Of a DNA stretch of 32,000 bases, positions 8,310 through 17,365 are shown piece after piece; the stretch's first letter is position 1; each line of letters opens with the position of its first letter. The position numbers and the translations under genes are program-made. The notes under the pieces were generated by a model. It saw only the letters and a list, made by a program, of their open reading frames with translations, made no database searches and was not told the DNA's origin. This DNA comes from Thermoproteus tenax Kra 1 (GTDB taxonomy: Archaea; Thermoproteota; Thermoprotei; Thermoproteales; Thermoproteaceae), in contig NC_016070.1 in the NCBI RefSeq assembly GCF_000253055.1, positions 150,001 to 182,000 of the forward strand. Reading direction: 5' to 3'.

Positions 8310-10892
8310 TTAGGCCAGAAGTTTGGCCACTCCCCTCAGCTCCTCCATGGAGTAGCCCAGGGCCTCCAACACTTGCTCCACGGTTGTCGCCATATACTCA
8401 AGGTATTTCCTATCGTCGATCTCGTCTATTCTGGCCAGCTGTATGGGCTTGACGCCCAGGGCATCCCTCGTCTTGACGTAGATTATCACGTCGCCGCGCC
8501 CCAGCTTGATGCCCATCGCCTTGCTGAGCATCTCGGCCGCCTTCACGTGTTGCGGCTTGTTCTTAGTGTATTCGTCCAAATCCTTATTGAGGGTCGTCTT
8601 AATGGCCAACTTGTCCAGAGTTATCTTCCTCTCCCTCAGCTTTGACTCATAGTCTCTAATTAGCGCCGAGATCTCGTCTCTAGTCTTTAATATGTCGTCG
8701 AGAGTGTGAACTGAGCGGAGCCTCTCCACTATGTCGTCCATGAGATCTTTGACGAAGCTGGGAGCGTTGCGCTTCTTGCCGACAAGGCCCTTGATCACGA
8801 CGCCTCCATCGGCTGTGACGCCCAAATAGTTCTTTTTACGGCCGCTGAACAGGACAAACCGGTAAACTTTGTCTAAATCGATGTCGATGCCCAGCTGCGA
8901 TGCGTAGTCCATAAGCCCCTTTATTTTCTCGTTGTCTGCGTTCAGGAGGAACAAGCTGTCAGTGTCTCCGTAGATGGGCTCCATCCCCAGCTCGATCGCT
9001 CTGAGCACAGTGCTGGTCATGACGTATCTAGCAAGAGCTGTGGTGAGCTCAGCGACGGGCGGGCAATACAACGGGAAGGTCTCGGCTCCGAACACACCAT
9101 ACGACGCATTTATGAACACCTTCATAGCGCTCTGGACCACATCGTATAGAGTCCTCTCCTGTTGAGTGGAGGCCGATTTGGCCAACTTCTTATACACATG
9201 TACTCTCAGATCGCGGAGTATGCCCACCAGAAGGCTGGTTATTCCCCTCCTCTTTTTACAGATCCAGTGTGGGAGCTCTGCGATTGGCCTCTCGGCGTTC
9301 TCCTTGTCTTTACAGTTGACTGTCTCGTAGGAGAGATTCCATTTGCTGATCACCGAGGGGTACAGAGAAGCGAAGTCCAGGACGTAGACGTTGAAGAAGA
9401 CTCCGGCGGGGGGATCGAGGACAACAGCCCCTGCGTATTTCTTGCCCTTGATTATAGCTTTCGTGTAGGCCTCCCCTCTGGAGGCTATGATGTCCTCCTT
9501 GTTGGGGATGAGCCAGCCCCTCCTCCTGTGTTCGAAGTAAAGCATATTTCTAATCCACGCTGAGACTTGGGAGCGGGTCAGATCCTCGGGCGGCAGCTTG
9601 GCTATGCGCGACAGAAGGATTACAAGCTTCATAACGAGCTCGTCGTTATACACAGTGAAATACAGAGTGATGAAGGCATCGCGGAAGTTATATTCAGCCA
9701 GCTCGTCTAGAGGCAGAGAGGAGATTACGGACTGTCTCTCTATTTTGCCTATGCCCAACACCGCCGACGCGATGGCGTCAAGCCCCCTCTCGCCTCTGTA
9801 TACTCCTCCGAAGGCGTAGACCTCGATGGCCTTTATTGCGAAGAACTTGTACAGATCTATATGGATGCCGGGGGCGACCGTCACGTAGTCCCTCCTCGCC
9901 ACTATCGGTATCTCCTCCTTTTTGAATCCCAAGGCTAGGGCGCGGTTGTAGAGGTAGGGCAGATCAAAGTTGTCGCCGTTGAAGGAGACTATCAGAGGAT
10001 ACTGCACGAGGGTCTTGAAAACTTCGGCGATCAAGTCGTACTCGTTGTCAAAGAACAAGACCTCGTACTCGGCGTCCTTAAGTGCATCGAAGTCGACCTT
10101 TACGTCGGGTCTCTTGAGCAAGAGCACCCTCCTCAGCCCGTCGGTGCCCACTAGGGCCACTGAGACGACCTCATATAGCGCGTCCTTAGGGTTGGGCACT
10201 TTGTTCTCCTGAGGAGTGAACACCTCTATGTCTATCGCGACTCTCTTTATGTGGGGTATAGGCGCTTGGAAGAGGGGGATCCAGTTGGCGGCCTCCTCTC
10301 TCTCATCGTCGGAGGAGAACACCGTGGTGAGGCTCTTCAATACGTCCTGGGGTATATCGACTTCCACGGGGACTAGCCCGTTGCCCTCGCTCCGATACCA
10401 CATCCCAGGTAGAATAGCTCTGTCGAACAAGTAGCTGTGGTGGTACTTTATTCTGGACTCCCAAGTCTTGGGGAGCAGCTCTCTTATCGACCTTCTGCCG
10501 CCTCCTATGGAGAGGGGGTCCTTCGCGTATACCTTAGTGAGCTGGACTGTGCGGTCCGCCAGAGCGTCGTACTTCGACACAACCTCCAGGTGGCTGAAGC
10601 CGGGGTGTTTCAGAACATCGGGGTACTTCTCGGCGATAACCTCTGGGGGCACGTCGGTTATCAGATAGGGCCTGTGTCTAGTGTTGTCGTACCAGTAGTA
10701 GACAGTATCGCTCTGGGGGTCGTAGAGCTTGACCAACGCCTTCCCCTCAGCGCCGTCGTAGGTGACCGAGAGGACGATAGAAGGAGGTATAGACGCCGAT
10801 AGGGCCCCCTTTATTCTATACTCAGCTACCTCCTCCTCTTCCGACTCTCTAACTTCCTCCTCTTCGATGAACTCCTCCTCTTCAAAGGCCAC
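8310..10892 (-). CDS. polB: Family B DNA polymerase (crenarchaeal PolB1-like), exonuclease plus polymerase domains
   Basis: VAIDIEVFTPQENKVPNP (Exo I), NFDLPYLYNRA (Exo II), DFASLYPSVISKWNLSYETV (motif A), KVFINASYGVFGAE (motif B), YGDTDSLFL (motif C). Confidence 0.95.
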   Translation of the reverse strand: MAFEEEEFIEEEEVRESEEEEVAEYRIKGALSASIPPSIVLSVTYDGAEGKALVKLYDPQSDTVYYWYDNTRHRPYLITDVPPEVIAEKYPDVLKHPGFSHLEVVSKYDALADRTVQLTKVYAKDPLSIGGGRRSIRELLPKTWESRIKYHHSYLFDRAILPGMWYRSEGNGLVPVEVDIPQDVLKSLTTVFSSDDEREEAANWIPLFQAPIPHIKRVAIDIEVFTPQENKVPNPKDALYEVVSVALVGTDGLRRVLLLKRPDVKVDFDALKDAEYEVLFFDNEYDLIAEVFKTLVQYPLIVSFNGDNFDLPYLYNRALALGFKKEEIPIVARRDYVTVAPGIHIDLYKFFAIKAIEVYAFGGVYRGERGLDAIASAVLGIGKIERQSVISSLPLDELAEYNFRDAFITLYFTVYNDELVMKLVILLSRIAKLPPEDLTRSQVSAWIRNMLYFEHRRRGWLIPNKEDIIASRGEAYTKAIIKGKKYAGAVVLDPPAGVFFNVYVLDFASLYPSVISKWNLSYETVNCKDKENAERPIAELPHWICKKRRGITSLLVGILRDLRVHVYKKLAKSASTQQERTLYDVVQSAMKVFINASYGVFGAETFPLYCPPVAELTTALARYVMTSTVLRAIELGMEPIYGDTDSLFLLNADNEKIKGLMDYASQLGIDIDLDKVYRFVLFSGRKKNYLGVTADGGVVIKGLVGKKRNAPSFVKDLMDDIVERLRSVHTLDDILKTRDEISALIRDYESKLRERKITLDKLAIKTTLNKDLDEYTKNKPQHVKAAEMLSKAMGIKLGRGDVIIYVKTRDALGVKPIQLARIDEIDDRKYLEYMATTVEQVLEALGYSMEELRGVAKLLA

Positions 10893-11041
10893 GGATATAA
10901 GAAGATCGGTGTTTAAACACGTACCTCGCCCGCAGATAATACATATCCTTCTTAAATTTTAATATATTATTATAATTAAACATAAAAATAAAATCCAATA
11001 AAATAAAAATGTAAACTAAGTAATATAATAGTATTTAAAAG

Positions 11042-11524
11042 ATGAAAAATAATAGAGTTAGTGTATTTCTATCAAGGGGAAAGATTAATAAAGTGCCTCG
11101 CAAAGAGTACAATATGGTCATCTACGTTTCACCGCATAAGAATGACGTTAAGACCACGATGTCCACAGATCTCAAGAAGACATTACTCTCAGAAGTTATA
11201 GGAGAGGTTATACAAGGCGTAACCATACTGGACTCGCGAGGAGTGCCGATAATACACCAGCTGCCCAATACGTTGACGGCGAAGACGTTGCGGCAGGTCT
11301 CAAACCTCATAGAGCTTGTCAACATAATTAGACAGAACCAAGACGAGAGCCTCGGCGACTTTCAGTATATAATGATAAAATATATGAACTATAAGGTAGG
11401 CATCTTCGAGCTCCCCAACAAGAAGGGGTGGCTCATCGTCTTCCTAAACCCATTGTGGCACATTGAAAACGTCATCCCGAAGATAAGGCAGTTTTCCCAC
11501 AAGATAGCCCAGATAGTCACTTAG
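11042..11524 (+). CDS. Small uncharacterised protein, possibly roadblock/LC7-like
   Basis: ~160-aa ORF in AT-rich context. 'LLSEVIGEVIQGVTILDSRGVPI ... VGIFELPNKKGWLIVFLNPLWHIENVIPKIRQFSHKIAQIV' has an alpha/beta roadblock-like layout. True start may be 11114 or 11159. Confidence 0.55.
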   Translation: MKNNRVSVFLSRGKINKVPRKEYNMVIYVSPHKNDVKTTMSTDLKKTLLSEVIGEVIQGVTILDSRGVPIIHQLPNTLTAKTLRQVSNLIELVNIIRQNQDESLGDFQYIMIKYMNYKVGIFELPNKKGWLIVFLNPLWHIENVIPKIRQFSHKIAQIVT

Positions 11525-12731
11525 AGCGGCCGAGCGCCTGATGAGCCCTAGCCAACTCGTTCCTGGCGAGGGCAAGTATTAGGTTCAACTCTCCTGCCAA
11601 GACAGCCGCCGCGACTATCTCGGCGAATTTGAGCGAGTTGGTGCCGGGCGGATTGCCAGAGCCGGCGACGCCCAAGAGCTCGAGGGCCTCCCTCTGAGTG
11701 GGCAACCCCGTGCCTCCGCCGACAGTGCCGACCTCTAGGCTGGGCAAGAAGACGGACACGTAGAGTCCATCCTCTCTGGGCTCAGTCCAGGTAATGCCCA
11801 TGCTGGACTCCACCACTTGGGCTACGTCTTGGCCAGTCGCTATGAATATGGCTGTGATTATATTGGCGAAGTGCGCGTTGAAGCCGTAGGAGTGGGCCAA
11901 GGCGGAGCCCAGTAGGTTCTTCCGCACGTTGACCTCGTGGACGTCCTCGGGCCTCACGCCCATTTTGGACAAGACCTCTCTGCGTATTAACGCCTCGGCC
12001 ACAACAGTCTTCCCCCTGCCCAAAAGGAAGTTCACTGCGCTCGGCTTCTTATCAACACACAAGTTCCCGCTGAGGGCCACTAGTTGGGCGCTGGGGTAGT
12101 TCTCTTGGATGAACTTGGCGGCGGCCTCCGAGGCTATAGTGGCCATGTTCATCCCCATGGCGTCCCCAGTCTCGAAGACGAAGCGTAGCCACACGTTGTT
12201 ACCCACGATGAAAGGCTGTATCTCCTTAAGCCTTCCGTGCCTAGTAGTAGATTCGGCGGCCCTCTTTATTTCTTCGAAGTGCGCTCTGATCCACTCAACG
12301 AAGTCTACGGCGTCTATCATCGAGGGCAGTTTGAACAGGGGCGCTCTCGCCATCCCGTCCTTGATGACGCGCGCGCGGGCCCCTCCGGACTCAGTTACTA
12401 TCTTGGCCCCTCTATTTACTGAGGCCACTAGTGCGCCCTCAGTAGTCGCAAGCGGTATGTAGAACTCGCCGTTGGCGTATTGGCCGCGCACCAATAGGGG
12501 GCCCGCCACGCCGATAGGTATCTGGGCCGCCCCTATCGGGTTCTCTATGTTTCTGCCCACAGCCTTGTTGAAGTCTATCACAGTGCGGCCTATGGCGTCC
12601 AGCCTAACGCCAGTCTTCCTCTCGAGGTATCTACGCCGCTCCTCGGCGGCTCTGTTCGAGTCGCCTAGAATTCTATCGAGCTCGTGGAGCTTCACGGCGC
12701 CTTCCTCAAGTTTTTTGGCCAGCTCTTCCAT
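11517..12731 (-). CDS. hmgA: 3-hydroxy-3-methylglutaryl-CoA reductase (class I)
   Basis: ENPIGAAQIPIGVAGPL, ATTEGALVASVNRG, GDAMGMNMAT, GTVGGGTGLPTQ motifs. Confidence 0.96.
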   Translation of the reverse strand: MEELAKKLEEGAVKLHELDRILGDSNRAAEERRRYLERKTGVRLDAIGRTVIDFNKAVGRNIENPIGAAQIPIGVAGPLLVRGQYANGEFYIPLATTEGALVASVNRGAKIVTESGGARARVIKDGMARAPLFKLPSMIDAVDFVEWIRAHFEEIKRAAESTTRHGRLKEIQPFIVGNNVWLRFVFETGDAMGMNMATIASEAAAKFIQENYPSAQLVALSGNLCVDKKPSAVNFLLGRGKTVVAEALIRREVLSKMGVRPEDVHEVNVRKNLLGSALAHSYGFNAHFANIITAIFIATGQDVAQVVESSMGITWTEPREDGLYVSVFLPSLEVGTVGGGTGLPTQREALELLGVAGSGNPPGTNSLKFAEIVAAAVLAGELNLILALARNELARAHQALGRSK

Positions 12732-12767
12732 CCAAACATTTTAATATAATGTCTTATCAAGTTTTCG

Positions 12768-13880
12768 ATGACAGACGTATGGGTAAACGGCGCGTCCATG
12801 ATGCCGACCGGCAGACACTACAACGTGAACATAGACGAGATGGCGGCGCGCGTGCTCGACGAGGCGTTGAGGGATGCGGGCAACCCACAGCTGGACGCTC
12901 TGTTTGTCGCCTCGGCCACCTCGGAACAAGCCGAGAAACAACAGCTGTTGGGCGCCTATATAGCGTCTAGGCTAGGACTTGACAAAATAGCAACGTACAG
13001 GGTGGAGAACGCCGACGGCTCAGGCGGAGCGGCCATAATGGCAGCCGCCATGGCCGTCAGATCTGGTCTCTACAACTGCGTTGCTGTAGTCGGAGCCGAC
13101 AAGCCCAACGACGTCCTCTCCAACCAACAACAAGATATATACTCCACGGCGACGGATACAGTCTATGAGAGGTACTTCGGCGTGACGCCCGCGGCGCAGG
13201 CGGCCATAATGGCCAAGCTCTATTTGAACAAATATGAGTATAAGTACGAGGACCTGGCCCTCTGGCCTGTTCTGATGCACAAAAACGGTGCAAACAACCC
13301 CTACGCCTATATGAGGAAACAGGCCAAGATAGAGGACGTGCTCGAGAGCGAGCTGGTGAGCGATCCACTGAGGCTGTACGACGTCGGCCCCATGGCCGAC
13401 GGGGCGGCGGCTCTTGTTTTGTGTAGAAACAGAGGATTCGCGAAAATAGTGGGCATGTGGACCTCCACGAGCTCGAGGCCGTTCAATATGAGGGAGGACT
13501 ACGACGTCCTCTACTCGGCGAGGGAGGCGGCCGAGAGGGCCTACGCAATGGCGGGCATAACGCCGCGCGATGTAGCTGTAGCCGAGGTCCACGACTCTTA
13601 CTCTATCTTCGGCGTCTTAGCCGCCGAGGCTTTGGGCCTGGCGCCGCGGGGCCAGCTCCTTGCCTCTCTTAAGGCTGGAGCAGATATTAAAGTCAATTTG
13701 AGCGGCGGCTTGAAGAGCCGCGGCAACATCATGGGCGCCACCGGCGTGTATCAAGCCGTTGAAGTGTTGTGGCAGCTGTTGGGCAAGGCTCCCTTCAAGA
13801 GGGCGGACGGAAATATAGGAGTGTTGCACTCCATGGGAGGCGTCGATAGGACTTCGACTATAGTCGTATTTGCAATATAG
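12768..13880 (+). CDS. Thiolase-family protein (archaeal acetyl-CoA acetyltransferase partner of HMGS/DUF35)
   Basis: 'VENADGSGGAAIMAAAMAVRSG', 'VAVAEVHDSYSIFGVLAAEALG', 'NLSGGLKSRGNIMGATGVYQAVEVLWQL', 'GVLHSMGG'; located upstream of DUF35 and HMGS genes. Confidence 0.9.
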   Translation: MTDVWVNGASMMPTGRHYNVNIDEMAARVLDEALRDAGNPQLDALFVASATSEQAEKQQLLGAYIASRLGLDKIATYRVENADGSGGAAIMAAAMAVRSGLYNCVAVVGADKPNDVLSNQQQDIYSTATDTVYERYFGVTPAAQAAIMAKLYLNKYEYKYEDLALWPVLMHKNGANNPYAYMRKQAKIEDVLESELVSDPLRLYDVGPMADGAAALVLCRNRGFAKIVGMWTSTSSRPFNMREDYDVLYSAREAAERAYAMAGITPRDVAVAEVHDSYSIFGVLAAEALGLAPRGQLLASLKAGADIKVNLSGGLKSRGNIMGATGVYQAVEVLWQLLGKAPFKRADGNIGVLHSMGGVDRTSTIVVFAI

Positions 13881-13912
13881 CAAAAAATATTAATGAAGGA
13901 GATCTAGGTGCT

Positions 13913-14311
13913 ATGGAACACGAATCGGTCCCCTTATACTGGAGAAATATACCTAGCTATTATAGGCTCAACGCCAAGAGGTGTAAGAAGTGCGGAGAGG
14001 CCTACTATCCGCCGGTAGTTAAGTGCCCCAAGTGCGGCTCCTCGGAGCTCGAGGACTATCAGCTCCCCTACGAGGGCGAGCTAGTCGAGTTCACAGTTCT
14101 CAGGAACGTCCCCACAGACTATCTGAAGCAGAAGCCGCTAATAATAGGGCTCGTCCAACTGGGCCCTGTGAAAGTCCTGGGCCAGATAGTCGACGCAGTG
14201 CCGGAGAAGCTCAAGAGGGGGCAGAGAGTCGAGGCTGTGTTCAGAAGAGTCGTCGTCGACGGAAAATATGGGCTAGTTATGTACGGCTACAAGTTCAGGC
14301 CTAAGCCATGA
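13913..14311 (+). CDS. DUF35 zinc-ribbon/OB-fold protein
   Basis: '[47 protein letters not shown]' rubredoxin-like zinc ribbon followed by an OB-fold. Confidence 0.9.
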   Translation: MEHESVPLYWRNIPSYYRLNAKRCKKCGEAYYPPVVKCPKCGSSELEDYQLPYEGELVEFTVLRNVPTDYLKQKPLIIGLVQLGPVKVLGQIVDAVPEKLKRGQRVEAVFRRVVVDGKYGLVMYGYKFRPKP

Positions 14312-15357
14312 GGACCGGCATTGTATCTTGGGGAGCGTATATACCTAAGTACCGCGTCAGAACCGAGGACATAGCCAGAACGTGGGGCGACGATCCGCAG
14401 AGGATAATCGATATGTATCTGGTCTATGAAAAGAGCGTCGAAGGATACGACGAAGACGCCGTCACTATAGCCGTCGAGGCCGCGAGGAGGGCGCTGAGGC
14501 GCGGCAAGATCGATCCGCGGAGGATAGGCGCCGTGTACTCCGGCACTGAGTCCAAGCCCTACGCCGTGAAGCCGATCTCGTCCATCCTCATTGACGCGCT
14601 CGGCCTCTCCAATAACGTCTTCGCCGTCGATATGGAGTTTGCGTGTAAAGCCGGCTCAGACGGCATAGTCGCTGTGATGGGCCTCGTGGACTCCGGGAGG
14701 ATCGAGTACGGGATGGCTGTGGGCACGGATACTTCACAAGGCGAGCCTGGGGAACACCTGGATTATTCGGCGAGTAGCGGCGGCGTTGCCTACATAGTAG
14801 GACGGAGCGAGGTAGCAGCTGAGTTCGAGGCAGTTTATACGTTCAGTTCCGATACTCCAGACTTCTGGCGCAGAGAGGGATCGCCATACCCCATGCACGG
14901 CGAGGGCTTCACGGGGGAGCCGGCGTATTTCAGACACGTGGTGGGCGCAGCCAAAGGGCTCATGGAGAGGTACGGCTATAAGGTATCCGACTTCGCCTAC
15001 GCGATCTTCCACCAGCCCAACGGCCGCTTCCCTATGCGCGCCGCCGCTATGTTGGGATTTCCGCCCGACAAAGTGAAGCCGGGCATCGTAGTGACCCACA
15101 TAGGAAACACCTACAACGCATCTGCGCTGATGGGCCTCGCGAGAGTGTTGGAGCAGGCAAAGCCCGGCGACAAAATACTCCTGGTGACGTTCGGGTCGGG
15201 CGCAGGATCAAACGCGTTCGCCTTAAACGTGACCGATTGGATCATTGAGAGGCAGAGGGCCGATGTGCCCAAGGTCGACGACATGCTGGCCGACAAAATA
15301 TACTTAGATTATTCAATGTACCTAAAGAATAGAAAGATGATTAAGTTATTCGAGTGA
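14308..15357 (+). CDS. Hydroxymethylglutaryl-CoA synthase
   Basis: '[24 protein letters not shown]', '[21 protein letters not shown]', '[20 protein letters not shown]', '[43 protein letters not shown]' typical of archaeal HMGS. Confidence 0.94.
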   Translation: MRTGIVSWGAYIPKYRVRTEDIARTWGDDPQRIIDMYLVYEKSVEGYDEDAVTIAVEAARRALRRGKIDPRRIGAVYSGTESKPYAVKPISSILIDALGLSNNVFAVDMEFACKAGSDGIVAVMGLVDSGRIEYGMAVGTDTSQGEPGEHLDYSASSGGVAYIVGRSEVAAEFEAVYTFSSDTPDFWRREGSPYPMHGEGFTGEPAYFRHVVGAAKGLMERYGYKVSDFAYAIFHQPNGRFPMRAAAMLGFPPDKVKPGIVVTHIGNTYNASALMGLARVLEQAKPGDKILLVTFGSGAGSNAFALNVTDWIIERQRADVPKVDDMLADKIYLDYSMYLKNRKMIKLFE

Positions 15358-15363
15358 GGTAAT

Positions 15364-15396
15364 ATCCTATTTATAGGATTTTTGAGTTAAAAACTC
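15364..15396. promoter_or_regulatory. Tandem inverted repeats over the TATA region of the wHTH gene
   Basis: ATCCTAT-TT-ATAGGAT (15364-15379, 7-bp perfect arms) and GAGTT-AAA-AACTC (15384-15396), 17-49 nt upstream of the ATG at 15413. Confidence 0.45.
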
Positions 15397-15412
15397 GTGG
15401 CCATGAGATTAT

Positions 15413-15655
15413 ATGCCGCGCCGTCAGACAGACAAGGTATTGGAACGGAAGGACCAGATAGTGGATCTCATAAAGCGGCACGGGGAGCTCACTACGAGCG
15501 CCATAATGAGGCTGACAGGCATGAGCCACTCCCAGATATTCTACGTCTTGAAGCTCTTAGAGAAAGAGGGAGTAGTGAAGGAGGTGAGGAGGGGAAAAAT
15601 AGCGTATTGGCGCCTCAATGTTGAGCAAGAAAGCGGACTTAAAGAACATCAGTGA
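15413..15655 (+). CDS. Winged helix-turn-helix DNA-binding protein
   Basis: 'ERKDQIVDLIKRHGELTTSAIMRLTGMSHSQIFYVLKLLEKEGVVKEVRRGKIAYWRL'. Confidence 0.8.
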   Translation: MPRRQTDKVLERKDQIVDLIKRHGELTTSAIMRLTGMSHSQIFYVLKLLEKEGVVKEVRRGKIAYWRLNVEQESGLKEHQ

Positions 15656-16304
15656 GATCGGAGTACTCGGCGCCACTATACTCTGCGCCAAGAGAGGCTG
15701 CGAAGGGGATGGGCCGGAGATATACATAGGCAGACTCAAGATCAAACTATACTTGGGAGGCCCGGCCAAAGAGGCCCAGGCCCCCCAGAGGAAGAGGGGC
15801 CAAGCCAGCCTTCTAGAGCTAGTCGGCCGTCCACAACGCAGTCAGCCGCAGCGGCCCCAGAGGCCTCCGGAGAGCCCCAAGGAGGAGAGGCCTAAGGCCC
15901 AGGCCGCGGCGCAGGCTGAGGAGAGGCGGAGCGAGGCGGCGGAGAAAAAGGGCGAGGAAGGGGGAGGGGCAGGCGGGGAGAGGCGGGAGCCCGCCCCCGG
16001 CGGCGCGGACAAGCCCGAGCATGTCGACGTGGAGAGCCTAGTCAGAATAGCCTCGGGGGCCATAGGGGTAGGCTCGGCGGAGACCAAGAGGGCCGTGGAG
16101 GCTGCTCTCTCCTATCTGTCCACCTACCCTAGTGTGGGCGTCTTGAGGTTTCTAGAGGACGTCAAAAAGATCGCCAAGGTCGACCCCGAGGTCTTGAGGA
16201 GGCTCCTCAATATTATGAGGGCGTTGGACATAGTGGAGTTGCACGAGGTGGGCGTCGTCAATCTGAAGAAAAAGATAGAGGTGAGAAGGGAGACAAAGCT
16301 CTGA
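15618..16304 (+). CDS. Hypothetical protein with long Q/P/E/A/G-rich central linker
   Basis: 228-aa ORF overlapping the wHTH gene end; C-terminal helical domain 'DVESLVRIASGAIGVGSAETKRAVEAALSYLSTYPSVGVLRFLEDVKKIAKVD...'. Confidence 0.65.
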   Translation: MLSKKADLKNISEIGVLGATILCAKRGCEGDGPEIYIGRLKIKLYLGGPAKEAQAPQRKRGQASLLELVGRPQRSQPQRPQRPPESPKEERPKAQAAAQAEERRSEAAEKKGEEGGGAGGERREPAPGGADKPEHVDVESLVRIASGAIGVGSAETKRAVEAALSYLSTYPSVGVLRFLEDVKKIAKVDPEVLRRLLNIMRALDIVELHEVGVVNLKKKIEVRRETKL

Positions 16305-16306
16305 GA

Positions 16307-16645
16307 TCAGCTAGCGGCCCTCCTCGCGGGCGCGTAGACCTCAGTCCTGTGACCCTTCGACACTAAAACAAGGTCTCCCTTGGCCCTCAGAGTGCGCAAC
16401 GCCCTCAATGCGACCGTCATCTTGACTCCGTACTTGCTGGCTACATCGTACGCAGTAATGGCGTTCACAGTCTGAATCTCCTTAGAGAGCGCCTCCAACA
16501 GTCTCTCCTCAGCGGTTATCTGTTGTTTCTTGGCACCGCCCTCCTCCTTCTTCTTGCCCTTGGCTTGAGCTTGTTGTTGCTGCTGTCCAGCCTTCTCCGC
16601 CTTTTTGGCCAACTGGCTCAACGTGGGCCTTTTCTTGCCGCCCAT
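16307..16645 (-). CDS. rps25e: Ribosomal protein S25e
   Basis: Basic/Gln-rich N-terminus then 'AITAYDVASKYGVKMTVALRALRTLRAKGDLVLVSKGHRTEVYAPA'. Confidence 0.9.
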   Translation of the reverse strand: MGGKKRPTLSQLAKKAEKAGQQQQQAQAKGKKKEEGGAKKQQITAEERLLEALSKEIQTVNAITAYDVASKYGVKMTVALRALRTLRAKGDLVLVSKGHRTEVYAPARRAAS

Positions 16646-16724
16646 GTCGGTTAATAAAAGCTCGTTTAAAGATTTAGCGCCCCCGATGACGTAGACATAT
16701 CGCGCCGGGAAATTTAAAGCCCAT

Positions 16725-16736
16725 CTATTTAAATAG
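16725..16736 (+). promoter_or_regulatory. TATA region of the TBP gene (CTATTTAAATAG palindrome)
   Basis: Perfect 12-nt palindrome, its 3' end 17 nt upstream of the TBP ATG at 16754, consistent with leaderless initiation. Confidence 0.55.
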
Positions 16737-16753
16737 GGTTTAAAAATCTAGAT

Positions 16754-17365
16754 ATGGACTCTTCTAGAGCCGCCGGCCCCACCCACAAGATCGAGAATAT
16801 AGTGGCCACGGTTAATCTAGGCGTCGAGCTCGATCTGGAGCAGTTGGCCGAGAGGCTTCCCGTGGCCGAGTACAACCCGGACCAATTCCCCGGGCTCATC
16901 CTCCGTCTGACCAGGCCCAGGATATCGGCATTGATATTCAGGACTGGGAAGATGGTCTGCACCGGCGCCAAGAACGAGACCGATCTGAAAAACGCAGTAC
17001 ACGCACTAGTCAAGCTCTTGAACGATAACGGCGCGGACGTGCCCCTAAACCCCGAGGTCCAAGTCCAGAATATAGTGGCGTCGGGAAGTCTCAACGCAGA
17101 GGTCGACCTAGAGCAAGCGGCGCTGTTGTTGGACAACGCAATGTACGAGCCCGAGCAGTTCCCCGGTCTGATCTACAGAATGACAGAGCCGCGCGTGGTA
17201 GTGTTGATATTCGGCAGCGGGAAAATAGTCTGCACCGGCGCCAAGTCGGAGAAGGACGTCGCCGTGGCTGTCCAGAGGCTGTACGACAGGCTTAAAGAGC
17301 TAGGCGTCTTGTACGTCGAGGAGGGCGGAGGCGCCGAAGCGGAGGAAGCCGAGGAAGAGGAGTGA
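16754..17365 (+). CDS. tbp: TATA-box-binding protein with acidic C-terminal tail
   Basis: Direct repeat structure: 'KIENIVATVNLGVELDLEQLAERLPVAEYNPDQFPGLILRLTRPRISALIFRTGKMVCTGAKN' and 'QVQNIVASGSLNAEVDLEQAALLLDNAMYEPEQFPGLIYRMTEPRVVVLIFGSGKIVCTGAKS'. Confidence 0.97.
   Translation: MDSSRAAGPTHKIENIVATVNLGVELDLEQLAERLPVAEYNPDQFPGLILRLTRPRISALIFRTGKMVCTGAKNETDLKNAVHALVKLLNDNGADVPLNPEVQVQNIVASGSLNAEVDLEQAALLLDNAMYEPEQFPGLIYRMTEPRVVVLIFGSGKIVCTGAKSEKDVAVAVQRLYDRLKELGVLYVEEGGGAEAEEAEEEE

Noticed and set aside
8117-8452. Plus-strand 111-aa ORF at the polB 3' end
   Set aside because: Low-complexity Pro/Arg-rich translation running over the repeat motif and into antisense polB; better explained as element-end DNA.
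13020-13592. 190-aa antisense ORF in the thiolase gene
   Set aside because: Shadow ORF; sense-strand thiolase motifs are unambiguous.
15864-16010. G/A-rich tract within the 15618-16304 ORF as a DNA repeat element
   Set aside because: It stays in frame and encodes a low-complexity charged linker; no repeat unit of constant length was seen.
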